Assembly: GCA_904063045.1 (NCBI GenBank)
Contig: CAJFCJ010000056.1
Location: 1 to 64,000 of the forward strand
Direction: 5' to 3'
Length of the DNA: 64,000 nucleotides
DNA from: Dimorphilus gyrociliatus
Taxonomy: Eukaryota; Animalia; Annelida
In this document: piece by piece, positions 24,499 to 36,205 of the stretch
Layout: each line of letters begins with the position of its first letter
Position numbering within the stretch: position 1 is the first letter of the stretch
Notes under the pieces: model-generated
Told to the model about the DNA's origin: nothing
Database searches by the model: none
The model's input: only the letters and a program-made list of their open reading frames with translations
Translations under genes and position numbers: made by a program

Positions 24499-24695
24499 GG
24501 ATGTGGTAGAAAACAGCCATAAATGTATGGTTTTACCCTAACCCTAATCCAGGCCTTGTTTTTGCCTAACCTTTTTGAATACCCCTAACCCTTAGATGGG
24601 ACCCTCCTAAGAACATGTCAACAGTTATCTTATTCCTCCTAACCATTTCCCAGGCTGAAATCTAACTTTCAAATATTTCATTTATGGCCGTTTTC
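24499..24695. mobile_element. MITE (same family as 38806-39012), one end trimmed
   Basis: ggatgtggtagaaaacagccataaatg...catttatggccgttttc; flanks atatgttat / atatgctat. Confidence 0.75.
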
Positions 24696-24887
24696 ATATG
24701 CTATACTATTCAGAAATGACTAATTTTGCTATTATTTAATGAATAGAAATCAAACAACTTGGCTTTTTAGTTTTCTATTGAAATATTTTTAAGCCATTTC
24801 TTAGAAATTTCTTAGAATTGTAACTTAGAATTCAACATTTTATAGCACATTAAACCTTGATCAGTGCAATATATGTAGTCCTATAAA

Positions 24888-25335
24888 GAACTGTATAATT
24901 TGATATTAAAAAGATTAACCCTAAACTTTGACTAGAAGAAGATTGATTTTATATCCTAATTTAGAGATTTTATGATTTACACATCAGTAGATTTACAGGA
25001 ACAGATACACAAGCTTCACAAGATACAGAGTGTATACAAAATAAATCCAAAAAATAAATGACCATCTTTGTGGACAAATATTCGAAAATGATGATGAATT
25101 AAAAACAGTAGTAAGGGCATTTTTTAAGTTCAAGCCACCTGAATATTGTGCCAAAGAAATTGATATGCTTCCCGCCAGGTGGCAAACATGCACTGACAAC
25201 AATGGGAAATTTGAAGTTAAATAGACACACCTAAGACATTACTTAAAATTTATGAATAAGGATATTTTGCCTTTTTTTTTCTTTTATCTGTTAGATAAAA
25301 ATGGCAAGAATTTTTGGGTGAACCAAATATACAGT
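24888..25335 (+). mobile_element. Mariner transposase 3' remnant with probable TIR end
   Basis: QIFENDDELKTVVRAFFKFKPPEYCAKEIDMLPARWQTCTDNNG matches the mariner C-terminus; ends gggtgaaccaaata|ta. Confidence 0.75.
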
Positions 25336-27210
25336 ATAAGCCAAAAGTCCCCAGCCACCTTGTAAAATTGTTTATTTAGATATTGAGCTATACAGAATAA
25401 CTACTTTGAATTAGTAATAGTAATTATTACCATGTAGAGGGGTCGGATGCGAATGTATCTGTTAGCAAATATTTCCAAGCCTGAAAACATTTTAGGAAAG
25501 GGTTAGTTTGAATATTTGGATGAATTTATTGTTAGAGGGACTCCAATTTAGGGTTAGGGGATATAAAAAACACAGATATTACTCTGAATTTCAGATATAT
25601 TAAGCTAGGCTTCAACCCTCCATAGTTATGGGTTAGGGTTAGGTCTGTTTTGCTGTTCTTTTTTCCTAAAGTAAGGGAGAGAATTATGGCATTTATCAAA
25701 AATAATAGGAAATTACCACCCATAGTAATGTAAACTAGATCTTCAATGCAAATTTTACAGTAGATGTGGTATTCATTGTGGCTACTTTAAACTGTTTTTT
25801 CCTTCCCTGTCTTACTTTAAAGGAAAAGAGGTGTTTTATCAATAAAAAATATTTTCTAAAGAAACTACTTGGCCTATTTTTAAATGTCAGAGCATGATAA
25901 GTATTTTTTATTGAATTCCAAACAAAATGTTTACAAATGTGTAGTTGTACCCTAACCTGATTCCCAATTATATTTGTTCTTAATTATGCTCATTAGTAGC
26001 ATGTTTTTATCAGTATAACTCAATCTAAATTATAAATTGAACATTTATCTAGATATTGATCCTTAAGTTTGATCTTCACTACAAGTCTATATTTAAATAT
26101 TATTCATATAAGCTCATTTTGTGTAAAAATATGTAGATATAAATATGTTCTTGGCTAGAAAACATAAAAAAGTCTTTTTTGATAGAGAAAAACATTCCTA
26201 ATGAGTGAAAGTTCTGCAAAATGTTAGAGATTTGGCTAGCAACCCATTGTGTATTTTTAAGTGTTAAACAGAAAACAATTCTTCCTTTTTTTTCAAATTC
26301 TTTCATTGTTAAAGGATATTTTATATTAATTAATATTAATCTAATTGTACTTTGTTGTATTGTAATTGTACGAGTTTCCTGCTCTACACCTTAATATTTA
26401 TCCTTTTGAATTATTTACCAATTTGCCAAAGAATATGTATTGAGTAAATAAATTCTAATCTAATAGAGTTTAAGTTTAATCATAAAGTGTATACTATTAC
26501 TTCATAGATATATTACTTTGTGAGCCACAAATATCCATATGAAAAATCTAAAGATATATAAAAAGTCATCATAAAACCAGACATTGTGAATTCTGATATG
26601 ACAAATATTAAAAAATTTTCTTCATGTTAAAAAAGATTCTTTTTTAGCTAAATGCATTTCTTTGAATAAATTAAAGAGATTGCCAACAGTAACAAAATAA
26701 ATAATTGTTTCTAAAAAAAAATTGTAAACTTGGTCAGTGTACTTTGTTGTATCATAATTATAGAAATTTCTGACAAACCCCCTGTTTTAACATTGTTTTT
26801 TTTTTGAAATTTCTTAAAGAGGTTAAAAAGTAGGGGATATGTAGTTTAAAAAAAAGAATAATACTATGTTTTTGACAATTGCCCACACATTTAGCCTAAT
26901 GTAGGCCTAACCAATACTGTTCTTAGAAATTCTAGATTAGTCATATAATTATAAATTTCGCTTAGCATTCTAACATAATATTAATAGCGTGAGAAAGATA
27001 TTTTAGGTAAACTAAAAGAATGTTTAGACTATATGTTATTGCTTTGTCAGGTTTATTAATCATACATTTTAGAAATATATATTTTTAACTATTATTTCAT
27101 ATGTAAAAAAAAATCTTATTGCTTTAATCTTATTGCGTAAAAGCATAAAAACTTGAAATTGGGAAATAGCAAACTATGACCTATTGATAGGGTGCTTCAA
27201 TAGCTCACAT

Positions 27211-27546
27211 GAACTGTATAATTTGATATTAAAAAGATTAACCCTAAACTTTGACTAGAAGAAGATTGATTTTATATCCTAATTTAGAGATTTTATGATT
27301 TACACATCAGTAGATTTACAGGAACAGATACACAAGCTTCACAAGATACAGAGTGTATACAAAATAAATCCAAAAAATAAATGACCATCTTTGTGGACAA
27401 ATATTCGAAAATGATGATGAATTAAAAACAGTAGTAAGGGCATTTTTTAAGTTCAAGCCACCTGAATATTGTGCCAAAGAAATTGATATGCTTCCCGCCA
27501 GGTGGCAAACATGCACTGACAACAATGGGAAATATGAAGTTAAATA
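27211..27546 (+). repeat. 336-bp direct duplicate of 24888-25223 (mariner remnant)
   Basis: One substitution seen by eye (aaattt/aaatat). Confidence 0.95.
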
Positions 27547-27582
27547 TTGCTTCATAAACATTTTACATAATAATATAGGACT

Positions 27583-28533
27583 ATGTTTGTCTTTTTGTTC
27601 TTTAAGGAACCATATGGAATTGAGAATTTAGATGATGAAACATTCTATTTGTTTTGTGATATAAAATCAGGATTTGGTAATACTATAAGAGAATTAATAT
27701 CTTGTAAAATTTTAGCGGAAATCTTAAATAGAACACTTCTACTCTCTTCAAATAATCCAAATGTCAATTGTCCTCTAAATAAATTTTTTTCTCTTGACTC
27801 AGTTCAAATGATTGACAATCATAAATTGAAGAATCATAAATATGTTACTTATTCTTGTAAACCAAATGCTCCAAGAGCTTTTAATCCAAATATGACATTC
27901 AATGAAAAAATTATTGGTATATATAGCTGTTCTTTCTTTTTTAAACAACAATATTTAGTTCAATTTCCAAATATAAAATTCATAAGACAAAATAAAACGG
28001 ACACTGAGATATTTTTACGCTACTTCGACAAATTATTTAAACCGAAAGGCAGCTTGTTAAAGGAGATTGAAAAGCACAAGAAAATTTTCAACAGATATAA
28101 GAACATAATATGCATTCAGATAAGAACTGGTTGGATTGAATATAATCATCCGAGGTCATGGTCGGAGAGATGTGTTAAGGAAGCTTTAAACATTGAACCT
28201 ATGATACCTAAAGGAGATGAAAAGTCAACAATTTTATATTTTGCATTAGATAGTGAATTAGTACAAAATTATCTAAAGACTGATAAAAAATATTCAACAT
28301 ATATGATTGAAGGTACACCAAAACACTATCGGGACAATAGTGTATCCTGTCAGGGAATCTTAAAAATATATACGGAATTTTTTCTCCTGAGTAAATGTAC
28401 TCGGGCCTTAGTAAGCCACTATTCAACTTTTGGAAGTTATGGAATTTTAAGAAGTAATGCTAGAAATAGTTGCCTAACGATGAAATGTAACTTTAATGGT
28501 CTATCAAAGAGGCGAAAGACAATTTCAGCGTAG
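27583..28533 (+). CDS. Fucosyltransferase-like glycosyltransferase (GT23/NodZ/GT11/O-FucT superfamily), complete catalytic domain
   Basis: GFGNTIR; motif I IQIRTG; motif II YFALDS; motif III EFFLLSKC..LVSHYSTFG. The N-terminal TM exon was not identified. Confidence 0.8.
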   Translation: MFVFLFFKEPYGIENLDDETFYLFCDIKSGFGNTIRELISCKILAEILNRTLLLSSNNPNVNCPLNKFFSLDSVQMIDNHKLKNHKYVTYSCKPNAPRAFNPNMTFNEKIIGIYSCSFFFKQQYLVQFPNIKFIRQNKTDTEIFLRYFDKLFKPKGSLLKEIEKHKKIFNRYKNIICIQIRTGWIEYNHPRSWSERCVKEALNIEPMIPKGDEKSTILYFALDSELVQNYLKTDKKYSTYMIEGTPKHYRDNSVSCQGILKIYTEFFLLSKCTRALVSHYSTFGSYGILRSNARNSCLTMKCNFNGLSKRRKTISA

Positions 28534-29219
28534 GAAATGTCTCCAAAAAAGCTTCTCATTGTGTTCAAGTTCTCAACAAAGTGTCCTTCAAAAATATATA
28601 TATATATAAAGATCAGCTATTATTCACAGTGAAAAATACTTTTTTATGGTTTATTACAATTCTGAGTATTCTTTATAATGTGAGCCTATTTAAAAGTCAC
28701 CCAAATATTCTTAGAATGTAGTCTAATCAGATATTTCAGATAAACAGTGGATAATATCGAAATGATATTTGACATTGCAGAAACTAAAAATTTTATTGTC
28801 TTGTTTCATTTTTGTTATACCCCAATTCCCATTTAGTTGTTACAGCTTTCCACCTGCTCCAGTTATTACACTGTTGGATCTATACTGCTTACCTAAAAGC
28901 AAAAAAGATTTTCGGGGTCAGGAAAAAATGTCCTATGCCTGGCTAAATATATACTTGGCATAATTATTGATACTTATAATCAGAAACATTTTTCTCTTGC
29001 TGTTTACTTTATTTATAGAATAAAATATTAATATTTTTGAAAGATATATATATTGTAATGTTTTTACCATTTTTCTCTAAGTTATGTAATGCTATTACAT
29101 TGAAACATTTGTATTGAATTGGATTATTGAATATTACAAGATTATACAATTTTTTTGAGAACCCTTCTCTCCTGTGAGTTATTATTTATAATTTTTGTAT
29201 TGTTTGTTTGGGTTAGGTT

Positions 29220-29359
29220 ACACAGCCTGGCTCCAATGAAATGCACACCCCTCTTATGAATACTGCTGGATAAATAGATTTCAGAGCTTTCCAGAGTCTT
29301 TTTTCAAAATCAACAACTATCTCCTCTGGCTTTGAATCATCAGTCATTCTTTTAATTTC
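29220..29359 (-). pseudogene. MULE transposase exon remnant; TIR-like ggggtcagga at ~28915
   Basis: KPEEIVVDFEKRLWKALKSIYP..RG(C).FHW.QAV with a frameshift; homologous to 62415-62570. Confidence 0.75.
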
Positions 29360-30186
29360 CTGCAGACAGAAAAAGCAAGCATAGAAAATGAGAATTGTAT
29401 TTTATGTACTCTTGGTCTCTCACACCATTCTATTACATTCACTCCCTTTTATACCTTGTTAGTGTCATTTAACTGGGTGTTTGACTGTGCTCATCTGTGT
29501 TGCCACATTCATGCCATGTTGTGCCATGTCATTATTTACCTGGTGATATAACATTAAGTTAACTAGACTGTCCCGGCTTTGGGCTAAGTCAAACTCCCTT
29601 CTTAAGTGATGCTCACATACTGACATACATTTACTGACTCACATTCACTCATAACATGTAATGTGAACAGAACGTTAATGAACAAAACATTGTTTAGTGT
29701 CATTGTGTGTGTGTCAGTGAATGCTGCTGCATCTGGCAGGTGACCTAAAGTCAGACTCCTAAATCTGGTCTGACTTGATATCAAGTCAGATCGCAAACAT
29801 AACAAAGTCAACAGCCAGATGAGTAGAATCAAACGCACACTTAAATGACAAGAGTAACTGTGTGAGGTATAAAAAAGAAAATATGTGACAGTACAGTGTG
29901 AGAGCCAAACAAACATTTAAAAATAAATTGTAACGAAATTATTACTTAATTTCGTGATACAAGTAACCATAAATCTTGTAAAGTTACAAGAAAAAAAAAC
30001 AGTTATTTGCCATGGAAAAGAAAGTACAAAGCATGACCGCAGCACAAAGACTGGAGACTATTAATAGATTCATGGGGCACACTAAAACGGGCCTGGATGA
30101 TGGAGGATATACTATGGGACTTATCAAATTGAGATGGCTACTCACCAAGGATCAACGATCCACAAGGGAAGAACATTGATGACGAT

Positions 30187-32810
30187 GTGAGAAAGGAGAA
30201 TATTGAAGCAGATATAAATAATATCTATATTGGGGCAGCAAAGGGCCAAGCCAACAGACATGGCTTGACACGAAGCAGCAGCCGTTCCTGTGAAAGAGGG
30301 ATGTCTTCAGGAAAAAGGAAGAGAAACAGTGCAGTAACTGCAAACGAAAGTGATGATGATGACCTATCAATGATGCAAGTCGATACAGGCAGGCTAAAAA
30401 ATACAATGTCTGGCAAGCAATGCCAGACTGCACGAAAAGAGGGATGCACCTTTCATAGGATGGAAGATAGCATTGATGATGAAATAGAGGACACCCCAAA
30501 GATGGAAGAATACCCACCTTCCAAAGACCTAACAGATTGGATGGTGAAAGGAGAAGAATGGTGGACTGACAAAAAGGAAGAAATAATGGATGAAATTGGC
30601 GAGGCCATGGAGTTGGAGAAGGAGAGACAGAGAGAGGAAAGAGCCCAAGACCAAGCCATGATAAAAAATAACCAGCAAATGCTAAGTGCAATGATAAGAT
30701 CCACTATAACCACTGCCGTGGGTGAGGCCACAGAAAGGGAAAGAAAAAGACATGAAGAAGAGAAAGCCCAGGATGATGATGATAGGATAAGAAGAGAAGA
30801 ATTTTTAGCTATGTCATTAAGGTCATCGGTGGTCAGTGCAGTGGAAGAGGCTATGCATAAGGGAAGAGCCAACCCAATAAGACCTGATTTGGAAAAGGAG
30901 GCAAGTAATGATTGCCCAGAATCAGGAATAATAGAATTGAGGGAAAGATTGGAGAGAATGGAAGCCAAACTTAGTGGGCATAAGGTAAAGGAAGAGAGTA
31001 GCATGGGAAGAGGCAGCTTACAGACGAGAGCAATGCTGCCAGACATGTTAATAAAATTTAATGGAGAAACAGACATGTGCGAGAATTTTGTGGAGAGGCA
31101 TGAAAGCATCATGTCTCAGTACCAACAAGCTCCACAATGGGCAAAGTTTGAGATCCTGCATACGCACTTGGGCATCGAGTTACAAGAAGAGGTAGAAAGA
31201 TTCAGATCATCATCAAAGGATGGTTACAATAGTGCAATGAAATTCCTACGCTCAGAATACGGGGAAATAAAAACAAAAAGTGGCACAGCTTTTGCTAGAT
31301 TAGAAAAATTGGGCAGAGTGGCAGATGGTAACATTCGAAAACATGACGAACTAAGCCAAATACTGAGGGAGGTTTATGAGGATTATAAAGATAGAGATGA
31401 TCTAGGAAGTGAACAGTTGGAAGCGATCCAAGTTGTGGCCAGCAAGTTCAACATGACCACACAACTAAGAACAAGATGGAAAGATGAGCAGTTAACAGCT
31501 GAATCGAAACTCACAGTGAATGACATGGCAAGGTTCATGCAAGCCCAAAGCTGTGGGTTAAAAAATGTAATTATCCAGCAGCAAGCAATGAAGACTGACA
31601 GCCTTCGGGAAGGGCAGCAATAAAAGAAAGGGAATAGATTGTTATATATGTGGGAAGCCACACCCTTTAAGGAACTGCCTACAATTCATAACGATGAGTA
31701 TCAAAGACCATAGCAAAGCAGTTAGAAGGTTGAACTTATGTGAAAACTGTATGGCAAGTAGCCATAGCACATCCGACTGTTGGGGACCAGGATGTAGGAT
31801 ATGTAAAACCACAAAGAGCAACATGCTGCATCAGTGCGAAAAAAGAAATGGCAGTAAAAAGAAAATACTGATGATGAAAGCCCCAATAATTGAAAGAGAG
31901 AATGGGATGACAGCATTAAAGGTGGAAACTGAGAATGGAAACCTCATTGCAATTCAAGATACCAGAGCCGATATGACAATAATTACAAAAAGGGCAGCCA
32001 AAAGAATCAATGCGAAGCCTATAGATACAGTAGAAGTCAACCTTGCAATGATGGGAAGAGTGGAGAGACACAAAGCAGTGAGATATCAGATAAGCATCAA
32101 ACAAAGGAATTTGGTAGCCCTTGAATATCCAGAGATTACCACAATTGATCAAAGATCCATAACAGATGAGGAGAGAGCAAAATGGCCATATCTAAGAAAC
32201 TTAGACATACCGGAATTGATGAATTATAAGGTGGATTTTTTAATAGGTTGCGACTACATTGACCTAATAGCCCCAAGAACGATTCTGGAAGGGACAGTTG
32301 ATGAGTCCACTGCTATGCATTCTAAATTGGGATGGTCAATTGTTGGTCGGAAGGACAGAAAAAAGGCAACCAACAAAAATTGCCTTGATATTAAAGAATA
32401 GGAATGAGACAAAGGAACAGAAACTGACAACAAATGATGAACTTTGGGTCAAACAGTTAGAAAACAGAATACACTTTAAAGATGGAAAGGTGTATGCACC
32501 TATTCTTTTTAATGGGAAACAAATGGAACTACAGTGTAACAGACGCATGGCTTACAGCAGGCTACAAGGTCTAAAGAAGAAGTTTACAAGAGACATAGAA
32601 TACGGGAAGCAATACAACGAAGGGATAAAGGAGTACCTTGAAAAGGGTTATGCAAAGAAAAATGCAAAAAATGGAACAACAAAGTGGTTCATACCACATC
32701 ATGGCGTGCTGAACCCAAATAAAGAAAACATGAGAATTGTTTATGACTGCCCAGCAAAAGGCCAGTGGGTGAAATTTTGTTCATGGGAGAATGAACAAAA
32801 CATTGTTTAG
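30187..32810 (+). pseudogene. BEL/Pao gag-protease-RT(start), frameshifted
   Basis: DUF1759-like KFNGE..YNSAMKFLRSEYG; Cys-His knuckles (CYICGKPH; CENCMASSH..C..C..C..H); protease IQDTRADMTII; RT start WFIPHHGVLNPNKENMRIVYDC, then truncation. Confidence 0.85.
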
Positions 32811-32896
32811 TGTCAGTGTGTGTGTGTCAGTGTGTGCGTGTGAGTCAACAAGTGTCTGTCAGTGAATGCTGCTGCATCTGGAAATATGTGACACTA

Positions 32897-33861
32897 GATA
32901 TTGCCTCTGGGGTAAATGGCACCAAACTCCTAATATGGTTACCTACAACCCCAGCAGGAGAGTACAATAAGTAATATAATATAGTAATTTCAGATATGTA
33001 AAAGAATTATTATAAAATTCCAAATATTTTCAGAGTAAGAGATACCAGTGTACTTTGTTGTATTGTAATTGTAGGAATTTCTGCTTCTTCAGAACAGTAT
33101 TCGTCCTTTCCAATCATTTATCAACTCACCAAAGTACTCAAATAAATGGAATCTTTCAAGTTCCTACACAAATAGTCTCAAGAAATGTAATTTCAGTAGA
33201 AATTAATCAACAAAAGGCTGGTATTTCATTTAAAGAAAATGTATTGAGTAAATGAGTTTCTAGTTCTAAACAACTAAGTTTAAACAAGCTCCTTGTCCTG
33301 CATACATATTACAAAAAGGATCAAAGTTTGTTGTAAGAAATGAAAATCATCTTCATAAGTTGCATTAAAATCTGGAAAATGTTCTTCAATCAAGAATGGA
33401 CTTGAAAGAAATGGCAACTGGTGACAATGGAAAAACTGTTAAAAGATGATATTATCCTAAAATTTAAAGAAGACTTGCCAGAACTAGAATCATTAAGATG
33501 AAAATCTTCTTGATATAAAGAGATAAAAGACCAAAGCATCCTAGAGATTTTGATTTTGAAATCAATCTGAATGAAATTCCAATGGATTTCTTATTAAGAG
33601 ATATATGTAAAATTTGGTTCATTGATGCAACATTTAAAGTTGTTAGAGATCCATTTTATCAAATCTTTTCAATTCAGGATTCTTGAAAAAATATGATTAA
33701 TATCAACAAGTTCCATTGGTCTATGTTCTGATGAGTAGCAAGAAGAAAAACTTTTAACCTATCTTCAAGTGAGACACAATGCCTTTGGCATGATTGCCTC
33801 GAATGGGACGAAATGTCCTAAAATGGGCCAAAAATGTCCTGGCGCCGAAAGTCCTGACCCC
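32897..33861 (+). mobile_element. Composite MULE-derived insert in the BEL 3' LTR
   Basis: KIWFIDATFKVVRDPFYQIFSI..VPLVYVLMSS (first catalytic Asp region); right TIR ending gtcctgacccc; flanks gtgacacta / gtgacagta (9 bp, 1 mismatch). Confidence 0.7.
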
Positions 33862-34439
33862 GTGACAGTACAGGTGAGAGCCAAACGAAGTTATAAATAA
33901 ATTGTAACAAAATTATTATAATAATTCGTGATACGAGTAAAATATAAATCTTATAAATTCTTTTTCTATACTTTGGTTCAATGTTATTGTCTGCTTGAAC
34001 TTCTGGGTAAACCTAATGTTGGTAATCATCTTTTAGCTGTCCATAAATTTGAATTCCCATTGAACTAAAGCCAACAATATGTAAATAATCTTCAGGTGAA
34101 CCAGAAACATCATGACATATTGATTTAGTCATTAGACTTGGATAATCCAGAACAATTGTCTAAAAATGTGGATTGCCCTGATGCAGAGACCATGGATCAG
34201 CATTATTGGAACATCAAGACTTAATGTTATAGCATCAAAAATTGTACAATTTACTATGAATAGTGTTGACTTTAGGGAATCAAGTTTTTCAGCTGTAAGA
34301 TAAGTATCTTGATCATAGAAGGTGATTTGTTTTCAATTTATGAGTACTTCATCAGGATTATGAACTGAATAACTAAACAAGGCAAAAAAATTTTACATTA
34401 ATTTTTTGAGGTGATATTATTTTTAGTAAGAATTTTTAA

Positions 34440-35050
34440 AATATTCAAAGTCTCCACTTACCTGCAATATAATTCAAAACATTGATGAAAGAATGCAGTA
34501 GCTCTTGTATTGTTTCAATACTTGAAATTGGTAAGGCAATTTTTAACACTTCTTTAAATCCTTGCTGGCCAATCAATTGGCTTGATTTCATTCCTTTAAA
34601 AGACCTTTTTTGTTCTTTAACAAAACGTTTAAAAAAATAACAAAAAATTGACTAATTGCTCATACAAACAAAATTAGGAATAAGAAGCAACTGGTTCTTG
34701 AAGCCAATTATTCTTTAGCCTATATTAAGCCTTATCGAGATTTTTATAAGGCTATAAAGACTGTAGGGATATTGTACATTTAGCTTTTATCATACAAACA
34801 AAAAAAACGTCTTATTCATGAGCCAGATAATGAACTTGACCATAGAATATTTTCTACTGTCAAAACACTGGCTGTTGAAATTCCATCTGGCAGTAAAAAA
34901 TCCAACTTGTGTTATTAATAATGTTTACAGTTGTTAAGAAGGTTTTAAAAATAGCTGAGACCAAGTTGTAGCATGTCCTGGTGGTGTTTTCAACAAAACA
35001 TTTTAATACATCCAGACAAGGATATTTTTGTCTAGCCCCTTTTTTTTGTA
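34440..35050 (-). pseudogene. Tc1-like transposase remnant
   Basis: EIKPIDWPA (LDWP motif) and a C-terminal I..L..S...I..AG-like segment; GARQK..VENTTRT HTH-like piece. Confidence 0.45.
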
Positions 35051-35449
35051 TCCTACCATAATGGGAAATTGTTGAATAAGTCTGCATATTTACCTTTAGG
35101 TTTAATTTACAATATTGTGTGAAAGAGAAAATTATTAAACATACTATAATCCCTCAAAACAGAAATAGAATACTTAGTTAAAGATTACAGTTACACCTAA
35201 AAGTTATTTTTTTGTCTCTCTCCCTACAAGACACTGTTCATCAGTATTTAAATTGGAAATATGGGAATTTGTTTCTGAAAACAAAATGTTATCATTCATG
35301 CAATATATAATCCAGGTTATATTTAAATTTTTAAATTCAAATTAACTTTAGTCTTGTTATTTAAAAAAAAAAGATATTGAAAAACAACTCGCTGATGTTC
35401 ATAATGCTCTTAAAGGAGAGTTTATGAGTATGGGTTTTCCAACTAATAT

Positions 35450-36205
35450 CACTCTACGTATAGCAAATACGGAATGGTATGAATTGGTTAAATACAGACA
35501 AAAAACAAAGAAAAACTTACCACATCCATATAATTCAAAAGCTGTTGCTGCATAGAAACCAGACATTGGGGTTAATCTTAATGTATCAGCTTGAATTTTC
35601 TTGTTGAAATTAATTTTATTAATTATATTCCATGTTGTTATTGTATTTCCATTAAAGATCTGTTTCAAAAAAAAATAATAATAACCTAATTATTAATCCT
35701 TAAAATTACTTTTAAAATTTAAATTTTTAAAACAACTTTATCTACTCCGTTTTCATCTGCATAATTAAATATTTGACCTCCATTCAATGAATATGATAAT
35801 TTGAAAGTTGATGTATAATATGGTTCGTAGTTTCCATCACTGCACCAACAATCTCCTCTAATTTCAAGGCTGTGAATATCATAGATCTCACCTGAAAAGC
35901 AATTAAATGTTCTATTGTGAAATATTTTTTATTTCATATTGACCTAGATATATTTGTACCCATCCATTTCCATAATGAACAGTCATCCATGATGTTAATC
36001 TACCATCTGAAATTCTTACATGATATGGTTCTCTATCTCCATAAGGCAAATGATCAGAAAATTGTGAAACTGGAAACTTGGTTTCATTGTAAATTCCAAT
36101 TTTTTTTTCTACACAATAATTCGATGACAGACAATAAATACAACTATTTAACACAACAATTGTTACATGTAGCCATCTTGAACTGAGTAGTATTGAATTT
36201 CTCAT
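35450..36205 (-). CDS. Secreted F5/8 type C (discoidin) domain protein, multi-exon
   Basis: Hydrophobic N-terminus. Exons 36205-35944, 35891-35737 and 35659-35521 splice in frame: WVQIYLG|EIYDIHSLEIRG..YTSTFKLSYSLNG..|IFNGN..LRLTP..FELYGC. Confidence 0.8.

Larger units (their letters stand above)
29657..33960 (+). mobile_element. BEL/Pao LTR retrotransposon, internally deleted; 5' LTR 29657-29988; partial 3' LTR 32790-32896 plus 33862-~33960
   Basis: LTR TGTAA...TTACA; 3' copy shares aatgaacaaaacattgtttagtgtca and gtgacagtacag..gagagccaaac; gag, protease and RT-start ORFs in between; no clear PBS. Confidence 0.85.

Noticed and set aside
1220-28533. Endogenous large DNA virus origin for the RING, glycosyltransferase and nuclease cluster
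   Set aside because: The genes have spliceosomal introns, and no capsid, DNA polymerase, packaging ATPase or other viral core gene is visible.
30152-31661. Long minus-strand ORFs (30152-30691, 30453-31112, 31383-31661)
   Set aside because: Antisense shadows of the purine-rich BEL gag.
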